A program made the translations under genes and the position numbers. Of a stretch of 61,388 nucleotides of DNA, positions 49,973 through 59,676 are shown one piece after another. This DNA is from Pseudomonadota bacterium. Lineage in GTDB: Bacteria > Bdellovibrionota > Bdellovibrionia > Bdellovibrionales > SG-bin7. A model generated the notes under the pieces. That model did no database searches. It was not told where the DNA came from and saw only the letters and a list, made by a program, of their open reading frames with translations. How positions within the stretch are numbered: position 1 is the first letter of the stretch; each line of letters starts with the position of its first letter. Where the stretch lies: positions 1 through 61,388 of the forward strand of contig JAWXAY010000067.1 of the NCBI GenBank assembly GCA_034439715.1. The letters are read 5' to 3'.

Positions 49973-51199
49973 ATGCTTTCGCTTTGGATGAGTGTCAGAC
50001 TTTTAGGAATTAAAAAAACTTTCGGTGATTTAACTACAATGCTCGCCATTTTTGGCCTCTGCTTAGGTGTGGGGTGTTTGGTCGTTGCGATGAGTGTCTT
50101 CAGCGGATTTGAGACAACACTTAAAAATGCCATAATAGATGTTGCCGGCCACATTGTACTTATTAAAAAGGGAAGCGATATAAAAACCTACGAGGACTTG
50201 TATTCTGATATCCATAAAAAATTTCCTGAAGTTAAGAATTACTCTCCCTTCGTGTCGCTCGAAGCCGTCGCTGCTTACGGCGGTAAGATTTCTGGAGTTA
50301 GAATTGAAGGACTTGATCCATTAACTTATGAACGCGTGTTAAAAATTAAAAAACGAACAATTCGAGGTGAGTTCCTACTCGAGGATAGGAATAATGTACG
50401 GCCGGTCATGATCGGCAAGGGGCTGGCGCGCACCCTGAATGTCGATGTGGGAGAATTTATTAAACTCATTTTGCCAAACCCCTCTAAAACACATAGCAAA
50501 AAATTTTCGCCAAAACTAAAAAAGTATAAAGTGGTTGGGATTTTGGATTTAGGTAAACACGAATATAATGAACGCATTGTCGTTTCAAGCCTCAAAGAAA
50601 CTCAAGAACTTTCGGGAACGGGAAACAACGTAACGGGATTGAGATTACAACTGAAAAATGCCAATGATGCACCCAATTTAGCCAATAGAATTTTAGAATA
50701 TTTAGGGGGATATCCCTATTGGACAAGAACTTGGTATGAAATAAATCAGAATCTTTTGAGCGCACTGGCGATTGAAAAAATAGTTATTTTCTTGGTAGTT
50801 TTAGTGATGGTAATAGCAGCGGCATTTAATGTTGCCAGCACACTATATGTCAAAGTCATCAATCGCTATTCTGACATCGCCTTATTAAAGGCTATAGGTG
50901 CCCCTCGCAGGTTTGTTATTCGGGTATTCGCCTGGCAGGGTTTGGTTTTGGGCTTTATCGGCGGCACATGTGGTCTTTTTTTGGGATTTCTTCTGGCCAA
51001 AGGTTTTCAATGGTTAGAAAATAAGTGGATGCTTTTACCTCCAGATGTCTATAAAGTCGAAGGCCTTGTTCCTGAATTTCGTATGACCGATTTGTCGGCG
51101 ATTTTTTTGGCGACCTTTTTAGTTTGCTTTTTAGCTACGCTACTTCCGGCCCTAAGAGGCTCGAATCTAAATCCTACGGAAGGTTTGAGGTATGAATAA
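49973..51199 (+). CDS. Lipoprotein-releasing ABC transporter permease (LolC/E/F family)
   Basis: VAMSVFSGFE, periplasmic domain, AAAFNV, IALLKAIGA, P.EGLRYE. Confidence 0.92.
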   Translation: MLSLWMSVRLLGIKKTFGDLTTMLAIFGLCLGVGCLVVAMSVFSGFETTLKNAIIDVAGHIVLIKKGSDIKTYEDLYSDIHKKFPEVKNYSPFVSLEAVAAYGGKISGVRIEGLDPLTYERVLKIKKRTIRGEFLLEDRNNVRPVMIGKGLARTLNVDVGEFIKLILPNPSKTHSKKFSPKLKKYKVVGILDLGKHEYNERIVVSSLKETQELSGTGNNVTGLRLQLKNANDAPNLANRILEYLGGYPYWTRTWYEINQNLLSALAIEKIVIFLVVLVMVIAAAFNVASTLYVKVINRYSDIALLKAIGAPRRFVIRVFAWQGLVLGFIGGTCGLFLGFLLAKGFQWLENKWMLLPPDVYKVEGLVPEFRMTDLSAIFLATFLVCFLATLLPALRGSNLNPTEGLRYE

Positions 51200-51875
51200 A
51201 TCGATTCCTGCTCTCCTAAAAACAGAAAAACTATGTAAGGCCTACAGCCAACCAGCAGGTTCTCTGCAGGTGTTAAAAAACATAGACCTCCAATTATTTA
51301 AAGGTGATGCCGTTGGAATCGTGGGCTCTTCGGGAGCCGGTAAAAGCACGCTGCTTCATCTCTTGGGGGCCCTTGACCGACCTACCACTGGCAATATTTT
51401 TTTTAATGATAAGAACCTTCAAGATTTCTCGGACGAAGAATTGGCAAAGTTGAGAAACGAAAAAATGGGTTTCGTATTTCAGTTTCATCACCTTTTGGGC
51501 GAATTCACAGCACTTGAGAATGTCATGATGCCCTGTTTGATTGGAGGACTGTCGCGTCGCGAAGCCAAACAGAAAGCCGAAGAACTTTTATTTTCCTTAG
51601 GCCTAACAAGTCGTTTAACTCATTACCCATCTGAATTGAGTGGCGGAGAACAGCAACGCGTGGCAATTGCCAGAGCCTTGGTTAGAAAACCAGAGGTTTT
51701 GCTGGCTGATGAACCAACCGGCAACCTTGACACTCAAAACGGAAAAATCATAGAAGATTTGTTTTTTAATCTTAAAGTACGCCTTGGAATTACCCTAATT
51801 GTCGTAACCCATAATCTACAGTTTGCGTCTCGGTTTACAAAAGTCATTCGACTAAAAGATGGGGCAATGGTTTAA
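51192..51875 (+). CDS. lolD: Lipoprotein-releasing ABC transporter ATPase
   Basis: [39 protein letters not shown]. Confidence 0.93.
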   Translation: MNKSIPALLKTEKLCKAYSQPAGSLQVLKNIDLQLFKGDAVGIVGSSGAGKSTLLHLLGALDRPTTGNIFFNDKNLQDFSDEELAKLRNEKMGFVFQFHHLLGEFTALENVMMPCLIGGLSRREAKQKAEELLFSLGLTSRLTHYPSELSGGEQQRVAIARALVRKPEVLLADEPTGNLDTQNGKIIEDLFFNLKVRLGITLIVVTHNLQFASRFTKVIRLKDGAMV

Positions 51876-52297
51876 TCATTATCGGTCAAAAAAATCTCGG
51901 CTGAAGTTTTAAAGGAATTGTCACCCGAAACTAGGGTAAATTCGATAATAAATCGTCGTGTACCATCAGCCGCTGAATTTTCTACTGAGGCAATGGGTAA
52001 TTCAAACGAATTCAAACCCGGACCCAATTCGATTTGGCCTTTTTGGGGCGATATATCGGCAAGGTTCGCTTGACCCTGTGGAATAATTTCCCAAGTGAAG
52101 TAATAGGTACGAGAAAGTTCAAACTTTGGCTTAATCACTACGACTTCAGATCCGCCTTCGACAAAAGTAATTTCCTCAACATCAATCAATTCGCTTGTGA
52201 AGTAAGGACGACTAGGCAACAAGGACACATCAAACTCATTGCCACCACAATTTTGGAAGACAACTATCAATACTAGTGGAACAAGCAGTAACCTCAA
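51872..52297 (-). CDS. Lipoprotein with Calx-beta-like domain
   Basis: FQNC lipobox; G.I...PG......I......DG.R.F.I...TDND pattern. Confidence 0.65.
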   Translation of the reverse strand: MRLLLVPLVLIVVFQNCGGNEFDVSLLPSRPYFTSELIDVEEITFVEGGSEVVVIKPKFELSRTYYFTWEIIPQGQANLADISPQKGQIELGPGLNSFELPIASVENSAADGTRRFIIEFTLVSGDNSFKTSAEIFLTDND

Positions 52298-52373
52298 ATC
52301 TGTCCTCCTAATATTCCATTATAATGCAGACTGCTTCAGACTTATAATTTTTCTGGATTTTTCTCATTATGAG

Positions 52374-53384
52374 TCATCTTAATCGTGTAAGATCATTTAT
52401 ATTAAGAAGTTGATGGAGCTGAGATTCGCCAGACTCGCTGAGGATCTGTAACTCAAGTGTCGCCTTTTCCCAGTCAATATTGATAAAACCAAAGTTTGGG
52501 CCGTAGTAAATCGAGCCTACTCTAAATGTGTCAGGTTCATCCTCACCTTTTCTTGGCCTAGTTTGGGTGAGTCCACTGGAAGTTACTTCATAAACAGGAT
52601 ATTTGACGCCCTCTGAAATTTTCATAATAGATGCCTTATGACGATCTCCACTGAGCAAAATCACGCCACTAGCATTTGTTTTGTTGATGAGCTCAATCAT
52701 CTTTTTTCTTTCATGCGGAAAATTATTCCAACTTTCAAATTGATGTTGGGTCGGTAGTATTTGTAATCCTGAAGCTATAATTCTAATATTTGCCGGCTCT
52801 TTGAGCTTTTCCTCAAGCCATTGCCACTGTGCCTCGCCTAACATTGAAGTCTTCGGGTCATTATTGGGCACATATCTTTTAATCGGGTTCAAGTCGTATG
52901 ATTTTTGTGGTTGGCTGCGAAAAGTGCGGGTGTCTAAAAGTAGGAGTTGAACTTTCTTGGTTTTAGGACCAAAAGTGACGGCGTCATAAATTCCGTCGCG
53001 ACCCCAACGAACAGAGTTCTTTGGCACCTTAAAAAAATCTAAAAATAATTCTTTAGACTCCTTTTTAAAAGGAAATTCGGCTCCAGAATCTGAGGTTCCA
53101 TAGTCGTTATCGTCCCAAATAGCATAAATGGGAACACTTTTTCGAAAATCCGAAAAAGTGGATTTGGAATCTAATTTACTATAGGCCATTTTCTTCTCGG
53201 AGATACTTTTTGCATAAATATTATCTCCCAACAGAATAAAAAAGTCAGGCTTCTTTTTGCTGATTACTTGCCAAAATACTTGAGGATCGTCTTGATGCAT
53301 ACAAGAGCCAAATCCTATTTTTGAAACCACTTCGGAAGGTGAGCCAAAAGCTATTGCTAATATTAAGGCTAAGAACAAACTCAA
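52374..53384 (-). CDS. phoD: PhoD-family alkaline phosphatase
   Basis: FGSC, LGDNIY, WDDNDYG, LDTR, MLGEAQW, LSGDRH. Confidence 0.9.
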   Translation of the reverse strand: MSLFLALILAIAFGSPSEVVSKIGFGSCMHQDDPQVFWQVISKKKPDFFILLGDNIYAKSISEKKMAYSKLDSKSTFSDFRKSVPIYAIWDDNDYGTSDSGAEFPFKKESKELFLDFFKVPKNSVRWGRDGIYDAVTFGPKTKKVQLLLLDTRTFRSQPQKSYDLNPIKRYVPNNDPKTSMLGEAQWQWLEEKLKEPANIRIIASGLQILPTQHQFESWNNFPHERKKMIELINKTNASGVILLSGDRHKASIMKISEGVKYPVYEVTSSGLTQTRPRKGEDEPDTFRVGSIYYGPNFGFINIDWEKATLELQILSESGESQLHQLLNINDLTRLR

Positions 53385-53385
53385 G

Positions 53386-54162
53386 TTAGATTGCCTTTTT
53401 GACTTTTAAGGCTGCTTCAAAATCTAGATAGGTTTCTAAAATATTTTTAATATTTTCAAAAACGAGGGGTTTGCATACATAGGCATCCATCCCGGCAGCA
53501 AAACATTTCTCCTTATCGCCCCGCTTGGCATTCGCAGTCACGGCGACTATGGGCGTAGTTCTTTTAGCTTCTGACATTTCTCGAATTCGCAAAGTGGCCT
53601 GTAGACCGTCCATACCTGGCATCATAATATCCATTAGGATCAGAGAGTAGTCATTTTTTTCTACTGCCTCAACGGCCTCGCGACCGTTTTTTACCCAATG
53701 GCAGGTAAGACCCATTCGGTTCAACATGCCTTTGACGATTTCACCCACCATCTCATTATCCTCAGCTATAAGTATGGGCACATCTGGACTTCTTTTTTTT
53801 GGGGGTGAGGTGAGACTCTTCTTTAAATCGGCATTGCTGTTTAAAAAAAGACTTTCTTGAAGAAACTGATGAAGGTGTAGTCCCGATTTAAAAATCAGCT
53901 GAAATGCCTCTCTAATTTCTTTATTTTCGCTATCAGATTTATAGAGCTCACTAAGGCCTATGATTCCTTGCAAACGAGTCAGGGGACTATGAGAATTCTC
54001 AACCAAGAAAGTTTTTTGTACTTGCTCTAGATCTTTCAGAAACCCAGGATGGGGCAACCGGTATTTTTTATTTCTAAGATATAAAACAGTGTAAATAGCC
54101 GCAGAGCAAATGACGCCAGCTACAATACCAATCATTAACAGTATCATTGGTTCAAAAATCAT
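53386..54162 (-). CDS. Membrane-anchored response regulator with degenerate HisKA-like segment
   Basis: N-terminal TM; SHSPLTRLQGIIGLSEL; REC AEDN, MDIMMPGMDG, AVTA, KP. Confidence 0.85.
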   Translation of the reverse strand: MIFEPMILLMIGIVAGVICSAAIYTVLYLRNKKYRLPHPGFLKDLEQVQKTFLVENSHSPLTRLQGIIGLSELYKSDSENKEIREAFQLIFKSGLHLHQFLQESLFLNSNADLKKSLTSPPKKRSPDVPILIAEDNEMVGEIVKGMLNRMGLTCHWVKNGREAVEAVEKNDYSLILMDIMMPGMDGLQATLRIREMSEAKRTTPIVAVTANAKRGDKEKCFAAGMDAYVCKPLVFENIKNILETYLDFEAALKVKKAI

Positions 54163-54169
54163 CAATATT

Positions 54170-54197
54170 CTATCGGACTAAATTCCTGCAAAGTTTA
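54170..54197 (-). promoter_or_regulatory. Sigma28 (FliA)-type promoter
   Basis: Minus strand TAAA-N16-TCCGATAG, 7 nt before ATG 54162. Confidence 0.55.
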
Positions 54198-54690
54198 ATG
54201 AGTTTACAATATGGCCGACGGGCGAGTTATAGGTTAAATCTGATACACTTAGCTTAACGCTGTCGTCTCTATCCGTCCTCGTCTCTAGCAAGTGAACCAG
54301 CGCTCGTAATAAATCTTCATGGGTAATAATGCCAATGATATTCTCGTTTTTAGTCACTAGAAAAGCAGAAATTTTTTCGATCACCATTCTTCGGGCCACA
54401 TCACTGAGTTTGGCATCGCTTGGTACGGATTCTACTGGAGTCGTCATATAATCTTTAACATTTGCCGCCACATCAAACCTTGCCTTAGGAATCCGATCAT
54501 CACTTTGGACCCAGATGGCCCTTTGAAAATCTCGATCTGAGATAATACCAACTACCTCACCATCATCGTTAATAACTGGCAGATGTCTGATGTGGGCTCT
54601 TCCCATTTTTTGATAAGCAGAGTCTAACGTTTCGCTCCATAGGGCCGTGATCAAATCCTTTGACGTATAATTCTTAACGCTATTTTTCAT
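54178..54690 (-). CDS. CBS domain pair protein (ATG 54690)
   Basis: IRHLPV...VGIISDRD; MTTPV...IGIITHEDLL. Confidence 0.9.
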   Translation of the reverse strand: MKNSVKNYTSKDLITALWSETLDSAYQKMGRAHIRHLPVINDDGEVVGIISDRDFQRAIWVQSDDRIPKARFDVAANVKDYMTTPVESVPSDAKLSDVARRMVIEKISAFLVTKNENIIGIITHEDLLRALVHLLETRTDRDDSVKLSVSDLTYNSPVGHIVNSLNFAGI

Positions 54691-54880
54691 AAATCCCCCA
54701 TGCCTCAACTGATGTAGCAAGTTTCATGCTGAACTCGTGGGAGTGCACAGGAGCATTGGCACGCGCATCGGGGCAAATCTCCCCTGCAGAAGGTCGAGTC
54801 CGGTATGCATAGCACCAACATAAAAGTTACAATAAAAGAGTGATTTTACGTTCGATCTTAATCTACATGCTTATATTTCA

Positions 54881-55078
54881 GTGTCATCCGACCATACCAA
54901 GCGACAAACTAATCGAGTCATTGTCAATCTTGAGGCCAACGCAGGCTTCAAAAGAGGGGAATTCAAAATTTCGGACTTAAGAGAGCAGCTACGTAAAGAA
55001 TCCTACAACGGAAATCTCGAGGAAGTCATCGCCATTCACGGCATGCCCCCCGTCAAAATCGAGCGGATATTTCCGTAA
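54881..55078 (+). CDS. Possible small hypothetical protein
   Basis: 65-aa ORF filling an intergenic gap; no RBS or motif. Confidence 0.35.
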   Translation: MSSDHTKRQTNRVIVNLEANAGFKRGEFKISDLREQLRKESYNGNLEEVIAIHGMPPVKIERIFP

Positions 55079-55096
55079 CCAAACTAAGCGCAAACT

Positions 55097-56107
55097 TTAA
55101 TTTAACGTAAAACCTTTGGGGCTTGGCGGAAGTTTTGGCTGCGTTTGTTTTGGAAAATCTCCCGTTAAGCTTGTTAAAAAAGCTACGATGTCCTTAACTT
55201 CATTTGCCGGCAAGCTCTTGTTTAACTGAGTTTTAGCCATCACCTTCACTGCCTCTTCCAAGGTTTTAACTTTGCCATTATGAAAGTAGGGACTAGTCAA
55301 AGCAATGTTTCGCCATGTCGATACGCGCCACATGTGCTTGTCACCATCGCTTTTAGTAACCGAGTGCCTTCCAGTGTCAGAAACTAAATCGTATTTTTTG
55401 TCGTACTCAGTTCCCGGAAAGGTAGGAAACTTCATATAGTAGCCAGTTCCTAGTGCTAATTCTGGACCCGCAAAATTATTACCGCTATGACAAGAAACAC
55501 AACCATGTGATTTCACTAACTCGAGGCCGCGAAGTGCCTGTGGACCTAAAGCATCTTTCTTTCCAGCCATAAATTTATCATAGGGGCTGTTCACTGCAAT
55601 CAATGTTCGCTCATAAGTAGCAATAGCTTTAGCGACATTGTCTATAGTAACTGAATTTTCTCCAAATACATTATTGAACTGCTCTACGTACCCAGGAATT
55701 TGCTTAAGTCGAGCTACAACGACATTATGATCTGGCATTGCCATTTCAACCGGATTAGTCATGGGTCCCTTGGCCTGCTCCTCTAAAGTTGCAGCGCGAC
55801 CATCCCAGAATTGCACCGAGTAATAAGCAGCATTCCAAACCGTCGGGGAATTTCTTCCCCCTTTTTTGCCCGTGACACCGGTACTCACAGCTGTCGCATC
55901 ATCGCCACCTTTAAAAACATTGTGGCAGGAGTTACATGAAATGTTTCCATTTTTAGAAAGTCTTCCGTCAAAATAAAGTTGTTTTCCTAACTGGATTTTT
56001 GTTTCTGTCATCAGGTTATCTGTGGGAATTAATTGTTTGGGGATTTCGACAGACGCGTTCAGATGTGCAGCTGTAAACAGTGATGCAAGAATAAGAATTA
56101 GTTTCAT
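55097..56107 (-). CDS. Di-heme cytochrome c peroxidase
   Basis: Signal peptide; CNSCH and CVSCH; LG..LYFD.RLS, RNSPTV.N, QFWDGRA..LEEQA.GP. Confidence 0.95.
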   Translation of the reverse strand: MKLILILASLFTAAHLNASVEIPKQLIPTDNLMTETKIQLGKQLYFDGRLSKNGNISCNSCHNVFKGGDDATAVSTGVTGKKGGRNSPTVWNAAYYSVQFWDGRAATLEEQAKGPMTNPVEMAMPDHNVVVARLKQIPGYVEQFNNVFGENSVTIDNVAKAIATYERTLIAVNSPYDKFMAGKKDALGPQALRGLELVKSHGCVSCHSGNNFAGPELALGTGYYMKFPTFPGTEYDKKYDLVSDTGRHSVTKSDGDKHMWRVSTWRNIALTSPYFHNGKVKTLEEAVKVMAKTQLNKSLPANEVKDIVAFLTSLTGDFPKQTQPKLPPSPKGFTLN

Positions 56108-56133
56108 AATTTTTTTCTCCTTGAATAAAAAAA

Positions 56134-56163
56134 AGATTAGCGGTGTTTATGCTAAGTTGTCAA
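56134..56163 (-). promoter_or_regulatory. Sigma70 promoter of the peroxidase gene
   Basis: TTGACA-N18-TAATCT. Confidence 0.5.
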
Positions 56164-56268
56164 GATCATTGCCAATCCTTAACTATTCGCCAGTTTTTGG
56201 CCTCAAATTCGCATTCTACAGATGGGAACCCGGTAAACACGGTTTATCTTACAGAGGGCTTTGATATT

Positions 56269-57141
56269 ATGTATAGGTTATTGACAGTACTAACAATTTT
56301 CGTCTCGGCACAGGCCTTTGCTAAAGACGAAATTATTAGGAAATCAAAAAAAAAGATCGTTCCCGCACCTTTATCTTATCAATGGCCCAATGGCATTTCG
56401 GCCGAGTATACGCCCCAAACTAAACACATGAAGGACTCAAGCCTATTTTACTATTTTGATTTTAACTATCATCCCTCATACACACATCATTTTCGTTGGT
56501 TTCAACGGGTTTCTCACATTCTCACTGCCGAACAAGGCAAAGATAATTCTGGCGAAGTAATGATTCTAAACCCACGCCTCAATTACTATTATAATTTTCA
56601 AGAACCCATAGATAAATCGTATCATTTGGCGCTGAGACTTGGCTCAGAGCTTGGCACGTCACCCGTGGCCAAAGCAGATGGCATCAACGCCAATTCTGTG
56701 ATTCGCTTAGAGTTTGATAAGCGATTTAGCATGGTCACCGCTAGCTTGCGACCTTATGTCGGATATTGGTCAACTCAATACTCAACCAATCACCTTGGCG
56801 AGCCACTCCCCATGTTTACTGTGGGTCACAATTTTTATGTTACAACCCGCCTCACACCTAAATTATCTTGGAATATTGAACTCGATACTGCATTTTTTAT
56901 TTTTCAGCCCGACGATGTGCAGGAGGGGCAAAACTCTGCGCCACCGTCCGCACTCCCTCTAGAAACAACTAAGACTTCACTTTATTTTGGATCAGAAATT
57001 GGTTACATGTTGCTTAAAAACCTGCAAGTGCGGGTCGGTTACTACCAGTTTGACAAATTTATGTCAGATGGAAAATTCGAATTAGAACTACTTAGCAGCA
57101 ATACGACGCGCTACCTAGTCGGCCTCGACTACTCATTTTAA
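56269..57141 (+). CDS. Putative outer-membrane beta-barrel protein (ATG 56269)
   Basis: Signal peptide ending AFA, aromatic-rich amphipathic strands, C-terminal GLDYSF beta-signal. Confidence 0.7.
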   Translation: MYRLLTVLTIFVSAQAFAKDEIIRKSKKKIVPAPLSYQWPNGISAEYTPQTKHMKDSSLFYYFDFNYHPSYTHHFRWFQRVSHILTAEQGKDNSGEVMILNPRLNYYYNFQEPIDKSYHLALRLGSELGTSPVAKADGINANSVIRLEFDKRFSMVTASLRPYVGYWSTQYSTNHLGEPLPMFTVGHNFYVTTRLTPKLSWNIELDTAFFIFQPDDVQEGQNSAPPSALPLETTKTSLYFGSEIGYMLLKNLQVRVGYYQFDKFMSDGKFELELLSSNTTRYLVGLDYSF

Positions 57142-57206
57142 ATCTGTTTGTAATTTCAGCAAATGAATTTCTTTTTGCGCTGTTTTTGGGCGCATGAAAA
57201 AAGCTC

Positions 57207-57236
57207 TTGCACCTCTGCGAATTAGGAAGTTATCTT
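57207..57236 (+). promoter_or_regulatory. Possible sigma70 promoter of the porin-like gene
   Basis: TTGCAC-N18-TATCTT. Confidence 0.45.
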
Positions 57237-57280
57237 ACACGGCTTTCAATTTTTTTTAAAAAAACAACAGTGAGGTGTAA

Positions 57281-58381
57281 ATGAAAAAAATAATTTTGAT
57301 TTTTCTTGCAGTAATGATGACTGAGTCGGCCATCGCATCAAAAGCGAGACTTATGGCTCTGGGCCAGGACTCAGAGGGATCCTTTATAGTTCGTGATAAC
57401 CGAAATATATTTCTAAATCCAGCGCAAATAGTGACGCTTAATAATTCCTTTAACTTTGAGATGGGTGATATCAACACTGGTGTAGATCCAAATGCTGAGG
57501 GCGGCATGATATACGATCTTAACAACGGTCGGATTGGCTTGCAATTGGGGCGACGCAGTTACGTTTTCGATCAGATTGTGCTGGCTGAGGCAGGCCCAAC
57601 TATAGGCGATCTGCTCACTCCAAACAACACCATTGATGTTATCTATGGTTCTAATAAAAATAGTCCTTGGGGAATCGGCGTGCACTATGGATCGGCTTCA
57701 AGCAATGCGCTTAACAGTGGTTTTCCTCGTAGGGAGTCGAGTGAACTTCAGGTCTACGGCGGTATTTTGAGAGAGAAGCTAGAGGTCTATGGGCAACTTG
57801 GCCTTAACGCTGAAGCTGAAGAAAAGGCCAGCGCCACAGCTGAAGATAAATACAAAGGTGGAGTTTATATAAAGGGTGGAGTCAGTTTTCAGATTGATGA
57901 TGTAGCAAAAGTATTTGGGTCTTTGACAAAATTTGATTATGACGTGACTGACGATACAGGTACTAAAACTGAAGTGAATGCTTTGGTCATCGAAGTGAGC
58001 TACGCCAGAATCCACAAACCCAAAAATGATCTTATGTTTTTTTATGGGGGCGGACTTTTGCAAAAAACGGGTGATTCAGAAACGGCAGGTACAAATGTTG
58101 ATGATGAAGAATTAAGTATTCCTGTGTTTGTAGGGCTTGAGGGCTCCGCCACAACTTGGATGGATCTACGAGCATCTGTCAGTCAAAGGGTTTTGTTAAA
58201 TCATGTGGAGAATACGGCACTCGATAATGATCACAGTCCCAACACAACCACAGTAGGTGCTGGCGCAACTTTAAAATTTACGAATTTTTTAGTTGATGCG
58301 ACTTTAGCTGGAGCATCTACTAATGGCGATATCGACGGCAATCAGCTTTTTGCCAACGCCTCAATTCTTTATAATTTTTGA
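57281..58381 (+). CDS. Porin-like major outer-membrane protein, PopA/Bd0427-like
   Basis: Mature N-terminus SKARLMALG, P.AEGG, LGRRS, IPVFVGLEG, C-terminal YNF; GAGGTG RBS; similarity to Bd0427 is from memory, not an alignment. Confidence 0.75.
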   Translation: MKKIILIFLAVMMTESAIASKARLMALGQDSEGSFIVRDNRNIFLNPAQIVTLNNSFNFEMGDINTGVDPNAEGGMIYDLNNGRIGLQLGRRSYVFDQIVLAEAGPTIGDLLTPNNTIDVIYGSNKNSPWGIGVHYGSASSNALNSGFPRRESSELQVYGGILREKLEVYGQLGLNAEAEEKASATAEDKYKGGVYIKGGVSFQIDDVAKVFGSLTKFDYDVTDDTGTKTEVNALVIEVSYARIHKPKNDLMFFYGGGLLQKTGDSETAGTNVDDEELSIPVFVGLEGSATTWMDLRASVSQRVLLNHVENTALDNDHSPNTTTVGAGATLKFTNFLVDATLAGASTNGDIDGNQLFANASILYNF

Positions 58382-58392
58382 TCTAAGGCAGC

Positions 58393-58421
58393 AAAGCTCA
58401 AGGTAATGAACCTTGAGCTTT
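58393..58421. terminator. Bidirectional terminator hairpin between convergent genes
   Basis: AAAGCTCAAGGT-aatga-ACCTTGAGCTTT perfect 12-bp stem. Confidence 0.8.
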
Positions 58422-59676
58422 AGAGCTGACCGGCTCTTTCTAACCACTTTGATGGAACGGCTCCACTTTTAATCGCTTGATTCAAAATAGTTTTCGCTTG
58501 TGGTCGTTGGTTTAAATTAACTAAAAGTACGCAGTGCCAGTATGTAATCTGATCCCAATTGCTAATAGGTAGTGCTCTTGCGCCTTCAGGCGGACGGCTT
58601 CCAACAACATAAATCTGATGAAGCAAAGTGAAAACCTTGAGCAGTTCAGATTCTTCTGTAGTTGACCATTTACCAGTTTCTTCGTGAACGTCTACGGCGG
58701 TGACAAAATGAAACAACATCTCCACAAAGGTTTCGTCCCTTAGCATTCGAGAACTATGCGCGAACAGCAAAGGCTGATTAGACTTACATTCACTGAGACC
58801 ACATAGGTATTTATAAAAACTTTGATAGGCTATAAGATACTCTCGACTGCCCGTCAGTTTTTGAAACCCGCCAAGTTCAAAAGGCGCCTCTACCGAACGA
58901 TCACTCTCGCAAACAGAGCGATCAAGTTCGCAAATATTAGGATGCCGGGAAATCAGCTGTAAATAACTATTATAAAAAAAACTAGCTGGCTTATTTCTAA
59001 ATATTCTTAACAAGTCACTCGCTTCAGTCCACCTTTTTGACTCTATATAAGATAAAGCCAGATATAGTTGAGTCGAATCCGTTGTCGAAAATGGCGAAAA
59101 TTTAAAGGGCAAGCTTACTTCGCCATCGGTGAATTCATTGATAATCGGAAGAGCAAATGGCTCAATATTTTTCGCCGCAGAAAGATCAGACATTCGGCTC
59201 TCAATCTGATCTCGTAGCTCCTTAGATTTCGTGGTTTTTAAGGCCTGGACCAAACTCATGTCAGCAACACTTGTTTTATTTTTCCTAAGCAATCGTTCAG
59301 CCGTTTTTATATGTTTTTGTGCTAGCATATCACGTGCTGATGTCTCTATTTCAAAAATGACAGGCAGATGTTTCTGCCAGTCTAGATCATCGTTTGTTGC
59401 CAGGTCCTGCCACAACTCGGCTTGCGATAAATAATCATTCACGGCACTAAGAGTTTGTATTATGGGTTCTAGATTGTGTTCTGCACTTACAGTTTTATTG
59501 TTAAAACCTTTAATGCGAGCAAAAAATAAATCTGGCAGCTGATGAGAGTCTTGGGGATAGTAAAGCTTTAACTCTATTTCTTGAATACTACTATCTGCAA
59601 TTTTATTTTCGGCCTGAGCCAGATGTGACTGCCACAAACCGATTGAAATAGCGAAAAAACAATAAACTTTTACCAT
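58420..59676 (-). CDS. Secreted helical (TPR-like) hypothetical protein
   Basis: Signal peptide; LYLALSYIESKRWTEA and C-terminal YWHCVLLVNLNQRPQAKTILNQAI TPR-like helices. Confidence 0.65.
   Translation of the reverse strand: MVKVYCFFAISIGLWQSHLAQAENKIADSSIQEIELKLYYPQDSHQLPDLFFARIKGFNNKTVSAEHNLEPIIQTLSAVNDYLSQAELWQDLATNDDLDWQKHLPVIFEIETSARDMLAQKHIKTAERLLRKNKTSVADMSLVQALKTTKSKELRDQIESRMSDLSAAKNIEPFALPIINEFTDGEVSLPFKFSPFSTTDSTQLYLALSYIESKRWTEASDLLRIFRNKPASFFYNSYLQLISRHPNICELDRSVCESDRSVEAPFELGGFQKLTGSREYLIAYQSFYKYLCGLSECKSNQPLLFAHSSRMLRDETFVEMLFHFVTAVDVHEETGKWSTTEESELLKVFTLLHQIYVVGSRPPEGARALPISNWDQITYWHCVLLVNLNQRPQAKTILNQAIKSGAVPSKWLERAGQL

Noticed and set aside
54716..54810. Sigma54 boxes or a c-di-GMP riboswitch upstream of the CBS gene
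   Set aside because: One box has AG instead of GG and the other lacks the -12 GC; GGCAAA is not followed by the GEMM architecture
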